From Simkaniaceae bacterium (GTDB taxonomy: Bacteria; Chlamydiota; Chlamydiia; Chlamydiales; JACRBE01): DNA of 64,000 nt. Location of the stretch: the NCBI GenBank assembly GCA_021734805.1, contig JAIPIG010000004.1, positions 4,822 to 68,821 on the forward strand, written 5' to 3'. The position numbers were made by a program, and so were the translations under genes. This document shows positions 36,917-46,666 of this stretch, piece by piece (within the stretch, counting starts at the first letter, position 1; every line of letters starts with the position of its first letter). The notes under the pieces are model-generated. The model searched no databases and was not told the DNA's origin. It saw nothing but the letters and a program-made list of their open reading frames with translations.

Positions 36917-37261
36917 TTATATTTGTGTTGTTGGTTCGACGACGACCGTAAAATGGCTCGTTCTTTTCATAACAGGTACTCGTCCACCACGACTTTTTGA
37001 TTTCGCTCTTTTGATAATGGGTCCCCCATCAATGCGCACTTCCTTCACTTTCAAATCGCGACGTTGTACATTGAGTATATTTTCCGCATTTGCAATTGCA
37101 CTGTTTAGCGTCTTAAGAAGAAGCCTTCCTCCTCTTATATTTGAAAAAGATAGTTGCAATTGAGCTTCTTCAACCTTCAAACCACGAATGAGGCCTGCCG
37201 CTAATCTCGCTTTTCTTGGAGCGATGCGAACAAATTTTGTAATTGCTTTTCCGTATTGCAT
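36917..37261 (-). CDS. rplV: 50S ribosomal protein uL22
   Basis: 114-aa ORF containing [30 protein letters not shown]. Confidence 0.92.
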   Translation of the reverse strand: MQYGKAITKFVRIAPRKARLAAGLIRGLKVEEAQLQLSFSNIRGGRLLLKTLNSAIANAENILNVQRRDLKVKEVRIDGGPIIKRAKSKSRGGRVPVMKRTSHFTVVVEPTTQI

Positions 37262-37275
37262 TTAATCAACCTTCC

Positions 37276-37548
37276 TTAGTGTGCCTTCTTTGTCCCTGAA
37301 TGCCCTTTAAATACTCGAGTAGGGGCAAATTCGCCAAGGCGGTGTCCTACCATATTTTCCGAGACAAAAACCGAAAGAAACTTACGTCCATTGTGAACAT
37401 CAAATGTATGCCCGACCATTTCAGGAATAATCATAGAACGTCGAGACCAAGTCTTTATCACTTTTTTTGTCCCTTCGACGTTTTGCTTCTCTACTTTAGT
37501 GAGAAGATGGTGGTCTACAAATGGTCCTTTTTTTAATGATCTACCCAT
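37276..37548 (-). CDS. rpsS: 30S ribosomal protein uS19
   Basis: 90-aa [22 protein letters not shown]...[28 protein letters not shown]. Confidence 0.95.
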   Translation of the reverse strand: MGRSLKKGPFVDHHLLTKVEKQNVEGTKKVIKTWSRRSMIIPEMVGHTFDVHNGRKFLSVFVSENMVGHRLGEFAPTRVFKGHSGTKKAH

Positions 37549-37556
37549 TCAGTGCC

Positions 37557-38396
37557 TCACTTCCTTCGATCTTTTAAAATCAATTTTTTGCTCTTTTTCG
37601 GATTTCTAGTTTTGTATCCTTTTGTCGGTTTAGCCCATGGAGTTTGCGGCAAATAACCATTGTGCTTTCCCTCACCACCACCATGTGGGTGATCAACAGG
37701 GTTCATCGCAGTTCCACGTACTGTTGGTCGAAATCCTCTCCAACGCATACGACCTGCTTTTCCCTCAACCCGAAGACTCCATTCAGCGTTAGAAACAACC
37801 CCAAATGTCGCTTTACAGGTCTCTTTTACCAATCGCATTTCACCTGATGGCATTTTGAGAGATGCATAGCCATTGCTTCGCGCAGCAAGCTGAGCTGAAA
37901 GACCTGCGCTTCGCACAAATTTTCCTCCCCTTCCGGGATAAAGCTCTACATTGTGAACAACCGAACCAATTGGCATGTCCTTTAACTGCATTGCGCAACC
38001 TGTTTTAAAAGGCGCATTTGCTCCAGATAATAGAACATCACCTTCCTTTAAACCTTCCGGAGCGATGATATATCTTTTTTCTCCATCAGCATAATTTAAA
38101 AGAGCAATAAAAGCAGAGCGGTTCGGGTCATACTCAACCGACGCAACCTTCGCTTGAATCCCATCTTTATCGCGCTTAAAGTCAACCTGACGATAAAACC
38201 TCTTATGACCACCTCCACGATGACGACATGTGATATGGCCATGATGGTTGCGCCCATTTGTTCTACGCTTCACACTTAAAAGTGATTTTTCCGGATCTAC
38301 AGTTGCTCTCTTCCCCTCTTTACGAGTCAATTGCATGTTAGTTGGAAGAACAAGCTTTCTCAAACTCGGAGTAACTGGTCTAAATTTCTTTACCAT
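37557..38396 (-). CDS. rplB: 50S ribosomal protein uL2
   Basis: 279-aa ORF containing [19 protein letters not shown]...[19 protein letters not shown]. Confidence 0.95.
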   Translation of the reverse strand: MVKKFRPVTPSLRKLVLPTNMQLTRKEGKRATVDPEKSLLSVKRRTNGRNHHGHITCRHRGGGHKRFYRQVDFKRDKDGIQAKVASVEYDPNRSAFIALLNYADGEKRYIIAPEGLKEGDVLLSGANAPFKTGCAMQLKDMPIGSVVHNVELYPGRGGKFVRSAGLSAQLAARSNGYASLKMPSGEMRLVKETCKATFGVVSNAEWSLRVEGKAGRMRWRGFRPTVRGTAMNPVDHPHGGGEGKHNGYLPQTPWAKPTKGYKTRNPKKSKKLILKDRRK

Positions 38397-38416
38397 AAAC
38401 TATCAATTCCTTTTGC

Positions 38417-38755
38417 CTAAACTTGATCATCAATCATATCGCCGGCAGCGAGAGTAACAATCGCCTTTTTCTTCATTGCTGTCTTTCCAAGTCGGCCTCT
38501 AACGCGACGCGCTTTGGGCTTCACATTGATCGTGTTAACAGCTTTCACTTTAATTTTCTTGTCCTTATAAATCTCTTCAAGAGCCTGAGCTATCTGAGTT
38601 TTATTTGCATTTTTATCGACGAGAAACACATATTTTGGCTCATCGCATTTTGCAAGAGACTTATTGCTCTTAGCTGTGTGCAAATTTTGAAGGACATTTG
38701 CTTTTTCAGTCATGTAACGTGATTTAATCACTGAGTATGCATTTTTCTTAGTCAT
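38417..38755 (-). CDS. rplW: 50S ribosomal protein uL23
   Basis: 112-aa ORF between rplD and rplB, containing YVFLVDKNANKTQIAQALEEIY..VKVKAVNT. Confidence 0.9.
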   Translation of the reverse strand: MTKKNAYSVIKSRYMTEKANVLQNLHTAKSNKSLAKCDEPKYVFLVDKNANKTQIAQALEEIYKDKKIKVKAVNTINVKPKARRVRGRLGKTAMKKKAIVTLAAGDMIDDQV

Positions 38756-38761
38756 CAGCCC

Positions 38762-39439
38762 TTACGCTCCTAACATTAACATTAAGTCTTGCAATGCTCC
38801 ATCGAGCACAACAAGCTCAGATCCATCAGCAACATCAAGTCCGCTGATGCTTTGCGCTTGAAGAAATCGAGTTTTTGGAATATTTCGCATGCTTTTAATA
38901 AAAAGATCTTGGCGAGCTACTCCTTCAAAAAGCTTTTCGGCATCTTGCTCATCAGCAAAGCTTTCACCTAAGAAAAGCACCTTGCGATCTTGAATCCCGA
39001 TATTCTTGATGAAACCAGCCACCACTTTTGTCTTTGGAGATTCAATCTGAGCACCTTCCAAGACTCTTAATCGGCCCGCTTTAATTTTTTCAGCGATGAG
39101 AAAACGGATCGCTGCCCGCTTTTCCTTTTTATTAATACGCACGTGTTGGTCAAATTTTGGTTTTGGCCCAAAAACAACCCCTCCCCCTTTATACTGAGGA
39201 GCAGCAAGCGTTCCTTGCCTTGCACGTCCGGTCCCCTTCTGAGGATGAGGTTTCGCATTAGAATGATTGACTTCAGATCGCCCCTTAGTGCAAGCGGACC
39301 ACTGTCTTTTATTATTGCGAATTGCCACGAGATAGTCTTTTAACATTTGCGAATTAATCGCAATGTCTAACAAGTCGTCCGCTAACTCAAGCTGACCAAC
39401 TTCTTTCCCTGTAATGTCATATTTTTTTAATGTTGCCAC
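38762..39439 (-). CDS. rplD: 50S ribosomal protein uL4
   Basis: 225-aa ORF containing KPHPQKGTGRARQGTLAAPQYKGGGVVFGPKP. Confidence 0.95.
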   Translation of the reverse strand: MATLKKYDITGKEVGQLELADDLLDIAINSQMLKDYLVAIRNNKRQWSACTKGRSEVNHSNAKPHPQKGTGRARQGTLAAPQYKGGGVVFGPKPKFDQHVRINKKEKRAAIRFLIAEKIKAGRLRVLEGAQIESPKTKVVAGFIKNIGIQDRKVLFLGESFADEQDAEKLFEGVARQDLFIKSMRNIPKTRFLQAQSISGLDVADGSELVVLDGALQDLMLMLGA

Positions 39440-39455
39440 CTGTCAATCTCCTCGC

Positions 39456-40115
39456 CTACTTTGAACCTTTAACAGCTTTTTTCATCCAGACGCTTGAACC
39501 GCGAGAACCGGGAACAGCACCCTTTAGAAGAATGACTTGTTTTTCAGGATCGATTTTTACAACTTTAAGGTTTTGAACTGTTTTTTGATCACACCCCATA
39601 TGGCCCGGCATCTTCATCCCTGGGAACGTACGCCCCGGAGTTGTTCTCATCCCTGTGGATCCACCATGTCGGTGAAAACCGGAACCGTGAGCTGCAGGCC
39701 CCCCTCTATGACCATGACGCTTAATAACGCCTTGGAAACCTTTACCTTTAGAAATTCCCGTTACATCTAGAAATTCGCCTTCAGCAAAAAAATCAACACC
39801 CATCTCCTGTCCAACTTCATACTGAGAAGAATTTTCAACTCTTGACTCAAATAAATGACGACGGGGATCGATATTTATCTTTTCGAAATTTTTTAATTGA
39901 GGTTTTGCGAGGCGTCTTTTTTTAGAAGAACTTAATCTATCAGCCCCTAACTGGATTGCTGAATAGCCATCTTTTTCAATAGCTTTAATTTGAGTTACGA
40001 CATTTGGTTCTGCTGAAATCACCGTACAGACAACAAGATTACCTTCGCCGTCAAAGACACGTGTCATTCCAATTTTTTTTCCCAAAATTCGGATCGAATG
40101 CTTAGATTCTGACAT
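39456..40115 (-). CDS. rplC: 50S ribosomal protein uL3
   Basis: The ORF track opens at 40142. I prefer the ATG at 40113-40115 (MSESKHSIRILGKKIGMTRVF), which has AAGGA about 8 nt upstream. FQGVIKRHGHRGGPAAHGS is a uL3 signature. Confidence 0.93.
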   Translation of the reverse strand: MSESKHSIRILGKKIGMTRVFDGEGNLVVCTVISAEPNVVTQIKAIEKDGYSAIQLGADRLSSSKKRRLAKPQLKNFEKINIDPRRHLFESRVENSSQYEVGQEMGVDFFAEGEFLDVTGISKGKGFQGVIKRHGHRGGPAAHGSGFHRHGGSTGMRTTPGRTFPGMKMPGHMGCDQKTVQNLKVVKIDPEKQVILLKGAVPGSRGSSVWMKKAVKGSK

Positions 40116-40209
40116 AAACTTTTTCCTTAAACTAGTATTCAATTCCCCATCTTAGAGGATTTGGTTCCTACAATCATAAAGAGCTTTATGAAGTGCCAGA
40201 GATTGTAGC

Positions 40210-40392
40210 TTAATTTTCACCAATTTGCAAGTGCAAATTTTTGTGAAACTGCGCTTTCTCTATAATTTCGACTTGATCGCTAGGTATCTTAAACCTATTG
40301 CGATTCAGGATTGAAATTAGGCTGACACTGAGCATAATCACTAGGATCACCGCTATTACCAACCACTCTTTTTTATAAAGAGTTCTCATCAT
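40210..40392 (-). CDS. Possible small single-pass membrane protein (60 aa)
   Basis: The ORF MMRTLYKKEWLVIAVILVIMLSVSLISILNRNRFK... has one clear TM helix and lies on the same strand between the Inc-like gene and rplC. Nothing else supports it. Confidence 0.25.
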   Translation of the reverse strand: MMRTLYKKEWLVIAVILVIMLSVSLISILNRNRFKIPSDQVEIIEKAQFHKNLHLQIGEN

Positions 40393-40414
40393 TCACATAT
40401 GAGTAAATTATGAG

Positions 40415-40454
40415 GGAAAGGTTAACTCTTTAATGAAAAAGAGTCAACCCTTTC
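40415..40454 (-). terminator. Imperfect ~15-bp hairpin downstream of ORF 40468-41307 (possible terminator or attenuator ahead of the r-protein operon)
   Basis: GGAAAGGTTAACTCTTT / AAAGAGTCAACCCTTTC forms a stem with one mismatch, one bulge and a 6-nt loop. The T-tract is weak. Confidence 0.35.
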
Positions 40455-40467
40455 TTAAAATTCGCAA

Positions 40468-41307
40468 TTATTTCTTTGGAGCGCCCATAGCCTTGGCAGC
40501 AGTAGCGACAGCAGTAGCCGTAAAGAAAATCGGATAAGCAACGGTCAGAACAGCAGGAGCCCTACGCGCTATCAAATTTTGATTTGAAACCCATATCAAA
40601 CAAACAGTTAACAGAGGCATAATTGTCGCCGCTACTAAAGAAACTAACTTCGCAACATTCACAACATGCTGCACTGCCCCTTTTGAATAAAGAGTACCCC
40701 CGGATACCGGCATTTTCTTGGAGCTCTCATCTACCAATATAGGATCGCTATCTTCAGTCAACGCAGTAGTGGGAACTGTCAAAACACTATAACAATAAGC
40801 AAGGCTGCTCACCCCTTCATTCCAGATAGATGGGTCACGACGATCCCCCTGTTTTGAAAAAAGGGCAGTTACACATAAATATAGATCAGCATGCGCACTA
40901 ACCGCTTTTAGCGTCTTAATCGTTCCCAACCCATCAACTGTTAACGACCCCGCAGCGGGAATTAACCCATCCACAGCTACATATGTCTTTGCAAAACCAT
41001 TGGCAATCTCGACTGCTGAATGGAATAATTTGGAAAACTCCAATTTCCCATGAAGAGCACTATCTTTAGTTGTTTCTTGAAACGACTGAATAATAAAAAC
41101 AGATGCCGCAGAAAGGACCGAATTTGCCTCAGATAGGGCTTTTTGAAAGTCACTTAATGTAGCAATATGCTTGAGTGCATCACAGACAGGCTTAGCTCCG
41201 GCTCCAACCCACCAATTTAAATAATAAGGAACTATTCGCGCCCAAGTATTTTTTGTATCATTAATCAGCGCATGACTACCTTGAGAAACAGCGTCAGAAA
41301 CAGACAT
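40468..41307 (-). CDS. Hypothetical membrane-associated protein, Inc-like; positional equivalent of C. trachomatis CT529
   Basis: 279-aa ORF with AGAGG about 7 nt upstream of the ATG. A C-terminal paired hydrophobic segment is present (LVSLVAATIMPLLTVCLIWVS ... APAVLTVAYPIFFTATAVATAA). It lies between fmt and rplC. Confidence 0.6.
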   Translation of the reverse strand: MSVSDAVSQGSHALINDTKNTWARIVPYYLNWWVGAGAKPVCDALKHIATLSDFQKALSEANSVLSAASVFIIQSFQETTKDSALHGKLEFSKLFHSAVEIANGFAKTYVAVDGLIPAAGSLTVDGLGTIKTLKAVSAHADLYLCVTALFSKQGDRRDPSIWNEGVSSLAYCYSVLTVPTTALTEDSDPILVDESSKKMPVSGGTLYSKGAVQHVVNVAKLVSLVAATIMPLLTVCLIWVSNQNLIARRAPAVLTVAYPIFFTATAVATAAKAMGAPKK

Positions 41308-41396
41308 AGGAAACCTCTTATTTTATAAGCTAAATAGGAGGAATTATAATTTGAGAAACATTATATGTAAAGAAATTATTAATTTTTTTAGCTCAT

Positions 41397-42344
41397 TTAG
41401 ACTAAAAAGATTAATTTTTTTTGAGAAAAGCCGGCATAAAACTGAGGCACATCAACTCTTTTTTTTCCCTCTAATTGGAGCGCTAAAATAGAGAGCGCGC
41501 CATGGCCACAAGCTATGATTAAAGATTTTTTTGAAAATTCTAAAATTTTCCCGGGAACTTCTTGAATAAATCGGTCATGGATTTTGGATAAATAAATTTT
41601 TATGCGGGTTTTGACCCCATCAATTTCAGCATCTAAATAAGTAGCGGGTTTTGGGGTTAACGCTCGAATCCTATGATGCAAATCAGGCGCTGCCTGTCTT
41701 AAATCCAAACGCGAATCCTCAGGCTTAATTTTAGGGGCTTTAGTGACCTCCGTAAGATCTTGAGACCTTGGTTTAAGCGCATCTCGCTTGCACTCCTCAA
41801 TAACCTTAACAACTTCTGTCTTAGCTAATTGATTAAGCATTCTCTCAATATCGGGAAATGTTAAATCCTCAGAAATATGACATGAACTTTGACTTAAAAT
41901 CGCCCCGGCATCCATTTCAGGATTCATTTGCATAATTGTAATCCCCATCTGCGCTTCTCCTGCCATAATAGCTCGTTGGATCGGCGCTGCCCCACGGTAT
42001 TTGGGCAACAAAGACGTATGGATATTAATGGGGTATAAGCGAGGCACCCGAAGCAGCTCCTCACTGAGAATCTCCCCATAACCCACAACAATAAATAGAT
42101 CGGGATTTAAACTTTTTAAGGCTGAAATCGTCTCCAAAGTCGACGCCTTTTCCGGCTGAAAAAGAGGGATAGGTAGATTTTTTTCTAAATACAGAATTTT
42201 AACGGCAGATGGCTGCGGCTGACTAGAACGCCCTTTAGGACGATCCGGCATTGTGACAACAGCCACAATATCAATATTTTTTTCTAATAAATGCAGAAGA
42301 ATGTCTGCTGAAAAATTAGGGGTTCCAAAAAAAACAACTCTCAT
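41397..42344 (-). CDS. fmt: Methionyl-tRNA formyltransferase
   Basis: 315-aa ORF, MRVVFFGTPNFSADIL...VVTMPDRPKGR...INIHTSLLPKYRGAAPIQRAI. Confidence 0.92.
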   Translation of the reverse strand: MRVVFFGTPNFSADILLHLLEKNIDIVAVVTMPDRPKGRSSQPQPSAVKILYLEKNLPIPLFQPEKASTLETISALKSLNPDLFIVVGYGEILSEELLRVPRLYPINIHTSLLPKYRGAAPIQRAIMAGEAQMGITIMQMNPEMDAGAILSQSSCHISEDLTFPDIERMLNQLAKTEVVKVIEECKRDALKPRSQDLTEVTKAPKIKPEDSRLDLRQAAPDLHHRIRALTPKPATYLDAEIDGVKTRIKIYLSKIHDRFIQEVPGKILEFSKKSLIIACGHGALSILALQLEGKKRVDVPQFYAGFSQKKLIFLV

Positions 42345-42508
42345 CTGATGCAGACCGGGCTAGCGCTTTGTCATATTTAAATTTACGGGTAGATTAGTTT
42401 TAGATTTTCGCCTCGCTCTGAATTTTTGGCGACGCGACATAATGGAGTCATTAGCCAAGGAGCCGAAAAGATAGCCAAGATACCCTAAACTCTAATATTG
42501 ACAGAGCA

Positions 42509-43348
42509 CTAAGTATTTGCCAACTCTTCTTTTAATTCTTCTACTTCGTCTTTGTTTTTTTGGGTAATCCCGGCAAAACCAATCAAACCTCTTTTCGTAT
42601 TTTCACAAAAATCAATCCAATCTAGTAAATAACGATTGGCCGAACTAAAATTCTTTAGCTGCTCAATCACTTCAGACAATTTAAGCCCTGATCGGTAGGT
42701 CACTTTAAAGGCTTTTGTCAATTCCATTCGATCTTCAAGCGCAAAACCTCTACGCTTAAGACCCACTAAATTTAATCCCCCCACTTCATAAGGAGAGCCC
42801 GCTCCGATTGTAAAAGGGGGAATATCATGTGTAACGCGGCTAAAACCACCCACCATCGCATAGCGGCCAATGCGAACAAATTGATGAACAGGTGTCATTC
42901 CACCAATATTAGCATAATCCCCTACCTCAACATGCCCGGCAAGCATAGAATTATTTGCCATAATAACGTGATTCCCCAAGATGCAATTATGAGCTATATG
43001 ACAGTAGGCCATAATTAAACAGTGATCTCCAACGACAACTTCTGAATTTTCATTGCAAGACGAATTAATTGTCACAAACTCGCGAATCTCACAATTTTTC
43101 CCGATTTTGACAAATGTTTTTTCACCCTTAAATTTAAGATCTTGTGTTTTTGTCCCAATACTTGCACTCGGCCAAATCACAGTACCGCTTCCGATCGTTG
43201 TATACCCATCAATATACGCATGAGATTTGATCGTAACATTATCTTCTAGGGTTACCGTCCCTTTAACAATAACATAAGGTTCAATTGTCACATTATTTCC
43301 GATTTTAGCACCGGCCTCAATAATCGCTGTTGGGTGTATATTCGACAT
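42509..43348 (-). CDS. lpxA: UDP-N-acetylglucosamine O-acyltransferase
   Basis: 279-aa ORF with a left-handed beta-helix hexapeptide array (IHPTAIIEAGAKIGNNVTIEPYVIV...) and an LpxA-type C-terminal helical domain. The lpxA-fabZ-lpxC cluster supports the call. Confidence 0.9.
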   Translation of the reverse strand: MSNIHPTAIIEAGAKIGNNVTIEPYVIVKGTVTLEDNVTIKSHAYIDGYTTIGSGTVIWPSASIGTKTQDLKFKGEKTFVKIGKNCEIREFVTINSSCNENSEVVVGDHCLIMAYCHIAHNCILGNHVIMANNSMLAGHVEVGDYANIGGMTPVHQFVRIGRYAMVGGFSRVTHDIPPFTIGAGSPYEVGGLNLVGLKRRGFALEDRMELTKAFKVTYRSGLKLSEVIEQLKNFSSANRYLLDWIDFCENTKRGLIGFAGITQKNKDEVEELKEELANT

Positions 43349-43412
43349 GCAAATTCATCTTTTATGTTTTAAATTTTTCTATTTTATCCTGCAGGCAAAG
43401 CAAGATTTTTAT

Positions 43413-43898
43413 TTATTTTGTCATTTCCTGACTGAGTTGAGAACGTTCAACAAACCCGAATCCAATTTCAACTTCTGCAACAACTCGATCTTGCACACGC
43501 GCTTGTGCTTTAACCCTTCCGCCTCTTGAAGCAAAATGAAGCCCTTGCACATGCATAAACAACACATCTCCGGGCAATATCGTTTTGCGAAACTTTGCAT
43601 TATTTACACTCATTAAAACGGCAATTTTATCATGATATCCTTTCTCATGAATTAAAATACCCCCTGTTTGAGCAAGCGCCTCAGTCACTAAAACCCCGGG
43701 CATAATCGGAGCAAAAGGGAAATGTCCATTGAAAAATTGCTCATTCATTGTGATGTTTTTTTGCCCCACAATGTAATTTTTTTCCAAATCTAAATGCACA
43801 ATGCGATCCACTAATAAAAAAGGATAGCGATGGGGAAGCATTCTCATAATTGCATGATGATCAAAAACAATACGCTCTTTTGAAAACTCATCGTCCAT
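43413..43898 (-). CDS. fabZ: 3-hydroxyacyl-ACP dehydratase FabZ
   Basis: 161-aa ORF containing LPHRYPFLLVDRIV...FFNGHFPFAPIMPGVLVTEALAQ. Its start codon shares one nt with the lpxC stop (TAATG). Confidence 0.92.
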   Translation of the reverse strand: MDDEFSKERIVFDHHAIMRMLPHRYPFLLVDRIVHLDLEKNYIVGQKNITMNEQFFNGHFPFAPIMPGVLVTEALAQTGGILIHEKGYHDKIAVLMSVNNAKFRKTILPGDVLFMHVQGLHFASRGGRVKAQARVQDRVVAEVEIGFGFVERSQLSQEMTK

Positions 43899-44815
43899 TA
43901 TTCACACTCAATCTGGTCAAAATATTGTCGTAACTCCCGAGCAAATGCAGCATTCGATGCATGGCCTGAACGCACAGCAAACACGTGGGCAGTAAAGGGA
44001 AATCCAACGAGAAATAAATCGCCCACTAAATCGAGAATTTTGTGACGAACCATTTCATTGGGAAAGCGCAATCCCTCCGGATTGAGCACATCCCTTCCTT
44101 TAATAATCACCCCGTTATCCAAACTCCCACCTTTGATCAACCCCTTTTCCAACAACGGAGTCACTTCCTCAAAAAGTGAAAATGTTCTGGATGAAGCGAT
44201 CTGTGCATCAAAGCCTTCAGGAGTGATCGCAAGTGAATAAAATTGAGCATCTAAAAGAGGATGCCCGGGATAACTCAAAGTATAACTAATTCTATATTCC
44301 TCACATGGAATCGCCACTAAATGAATCCCCCCCTTAGTCCAATAAATAGGCTTCGTAAGGGGCATAATCTGAACAAGCTCATCTTGGGATCCAATCCCAA
44401 CTCGCTTAATTTGATCGACAAAATAACGGGCACTCCCATCAGCAGCCGGAATTTCAGGCCCATTAACTTCAATTAACGCATTATCAATATTATGGGCTCT
44501 CAATGCCGCTAAAATGTGCTCTACCGTTTGTATATTTGCTCCTTGACAACTCAGTATCGTGCAGCGCGGGGTGTCATCAACATATTCGACAAGCGCAGGA
44601 ATTGTGGGCTGAGAAGGCAGATCAATTCGTTTAAAGACAATACCATGCCCCGTTTCGGCAGGATATACTGTCATTCTAACGGGAACACCTGTAAATAAGC
44701 CGATTCCATCAACAACAAACGAATTAGCAATCGTACATTGATTTCGAGTCGATGGAAGGTGCGCCAGTAATTCAGATGGAGTGTAAGTATATGAGGACAA
44801 CAAAGAAAACCTCAT
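43898..44815 (-). CDS. lpxC: UDP-3-O-acyl-N-acetylglucosamine deacetylase
   Basis: 305-aa ORF containing GIGLFTGVPVRMTVYPA...TVEHILAAL...HKILDLVGDL...SGHASN, which are LpxC signatures. Confidence 0.92.
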   Translation of the reverse strand: MRFSLLSSYTYTPSELLAHLPSTRNQCTIANSFVVDGIGLFTGVPVRMTVYPAETGHGIVFKRIDLPSQPTIPALVEYVDDTPRCTILSCQGANIQTVEHILAALRAHNIDNALIEVNGPEIPAADGSARYFVDQIKRVGIGSQDELVQIMPLTKPIYWTKGGIHLVAIPCEEYRISYTLSYPGHPLLDAQFYSLAITPEGFDAQIASSRTFSLFEEVTPLLEKGLIKGGSLDNGVIIKGRDVLNPEGLRFPNEMVRHKILDLVGDLFLVGFPFTAHVFAVRSGHASNAAFARELRQYFDQIECE

Positions 44816-44941
44816 TCAAGCAACCTTGGTATCGCTTATCTCAAATAACGCGATTATTTTTTAATAAGCATCATCGGATTTATATCTCTAGTTTATTTCC
44901 TCCTCCTCATTGGGAAGTGGAACCAAAATTAGAGATTTTTT

Positions 44942-46666
44942 CTAGGAATTTAACGAACTCTTGTTTTTTTGAGCAAGCCTTATTTTTAAGGAGATCATGT
45001 GGATTAAGATAAATGCGATTGATACAATTACGATCAGCCAATCCCCCACTTTGGCATATAAAGTCGGATAGGTATAATCGCGTAGCTCAATCATTGCAAT
45101 ATCTTTGATCATCTTCCCACATTCATCGCGATCCCCCAAAAGAGCTTCCACTCGACCAAAACTGTTGATTGCGCCGCTGAACCCCGTATTTGAAGCTCTA
45201 ATTTGTGGGATGCCCATTTCAACCGATCGCAAACGGGCGTGATTAAAATGCTGCCGAGGCAATTTTGAGCGAGGAAACCAACCATCATTCGTTAAATTCA
45301 CAAATAATTCAGCGCCCTTACTCCTATTTTCTCTCATAAGATGGCCAAAACACTCTTCATAACAAATGGATACGCCTATTTTTTTCTTGCCTTCCAAAAT
45401 AATTGCACCCTCACCGGGAGTAAAAAAATCGCCTATTCCATAGTGACCGGCAATTTTAGCAAAACCTTTGAATGGCAAATATTCGGCAATAGGAACAAGC
45501 ACACGCTTAATATAACGCTGAATGTTTTCTCGATTCGGCGAAAAAAGAAATGCGGCATTATAATGCTGATTCAGCTTCGCGTCACTGTCATCAAATCCCA
45601 TAATAATATCTGCCGAGAAAAAATTAGACAGCCACTGCCCAATGAAAGCGTTTGAAACATATTGATCTGAATCAAACATCTTTGCAAAACGCTGATCCTC
45701 CATTGACGGAAGAGCGTCTAAAACCCTTTCACCAAAATTTTTAACCATCAAATGACCGATCTCATCTAGCAAATAAACGGATGAAAATAAGTCAAAAAGA
45801 CTAACCGACTCCGGGAAAACAATCATATCTACAGGAGACTTTATTCGCTTGCTTAGCAATTGAAAATGCGCATCCCATTGAAGAATAGGATGCATAAAAG
45901 AGTCGGGATACAGGCCAAAAGGCATTTTTTCTTCGACGCCAAGCCCTGTTTGAACTGCTGCAAGACGAATGGACGGCGATTTTTTTTGTTGTATCTCATG
46001 GGTAACCCAATGGAGTGTTCCCACTAAAAAAGGAAGAAACGCCGCAATAGACCACAAATAAAATCGCTTTAATGAAAGGCTCTTTAAAAACCTAAAAAAA
46101 AGCAAATTAATCGCCATGACAAGGAATGACAACCCATAGACCCCCGCGTAAGACGCAAGCTGAAGAAGCGAAACACTCCATGTCATAGAAAGACCAACGG
46201 GATTCCATACATACCCGGCCATAAAAAACAATCGAGCCCACTCAAAAAGCGTCCACATCCCGGCCAGCGCAAGCAACTTGGGCCACCGCATAGGCCCTTT
46301 GACAACAAGGGCAAAAAGACCAAATTGGGAACTGATTAAACCGAGTAAAATGAAATAGGCAACGACAATAAAGGGGCCATGAAAGGTTGTCGTAGCAAAC
46401 CAAGAAAATAAAATGGCTTGCGATAAAGCATACCAACCAAATGCAGCCCAAAATGTCGTTTTTCGACTAAAGCTCTCTATTTGTGAAAAAAATAAACCGT
46501 ATAAAAAAATTGAAGAGCAAAAAGATAAAAAAGGAGACTGTATTGGGTCGGAAAAACCAATGAGCAAGGCAGAGGAAATACTGATAAAAGTCCTTTTGAC
46601 TCTATCGTGCGTTGAATCGCTAATCCTCGTTTGTAGCTGCTGTTTGCAAAAAGTCCAGATGTTCAC
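44942..46666 (-). CDS. lnt: Apolipoprotein N-acyltransferase
   Basis: 574-aa ORF with a GTG start. It has a polytopic N-terminal half and a C-terminal CN-hydrolase domain (VFPES..., GVSICYEECFG). The start is uncertain because of a 47-nt overlap with the upstream ORF. Confidence 0.85.
   Translation of the reverse strand: MNIWTFCKQQLQTRISDSTHDRVKRTFISISSALLIGFSDPIQSPFLSFCSSIFLYGLFFSQIESFSRKTTFWAAFGWYALSQAILFSWFATTTFHGPFIVVAYFILLGLISSQFGLFALVVKGPMRWPKLLALAGMWTLFEWARLFFMAGYVWNPVGLSMTWSVSLLQLASYAGVYGLSFLVMAINLLFFRFLKSLSLKRFYLWSIAAFLPFLVGTLHWVTHEIQQKKSPSIRLAAVQTGLGVEEKMPFGLYPDSFMHPILQWDAHFQLLSKRIKSPVDMIVFPESVSLFDLFSSVYLLDEIGHLMVKNFGERVLDALPSMEDQRFAKMFDSDQYVSNAFIGQWLSNFFSADIIMGFDDSDAKLNQHYNAAFLFSPNRENIQRYIKRVLVPIAEYLPFKGFAKIAGHYGIGDFFTPGEGAIILEGKKKIGVSICYEECFGHLMRENRSKGAELFVNLTNDGWFPRSKLPRQHFNHARLRSVEMGIPQIRASNTGFSGAINSFGRVEALLGDRDECGKMIKDIAMIELRDYTYPTLYAKVGDWLIVIVSIAFILIHMISLKIRLAQKNKSSLNS

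Noticed and set aside
40116-40142. A nine-codon N-terminal extension of rplC (MNTSLRKKF).
   Set aside because: The downstream ATG at 40113-40115 has an AAGGA ribosome-binding site and yields the usual uL3 N-terminus.
40175-40200. A TGGCAC on the minus strand upstream of rplC, resembling a sigma-54 -24 element.
   Set aside because: The -12 position reads AAAGC instead of TTGC[A/T], so it does not meet the sigma-54 consensus.
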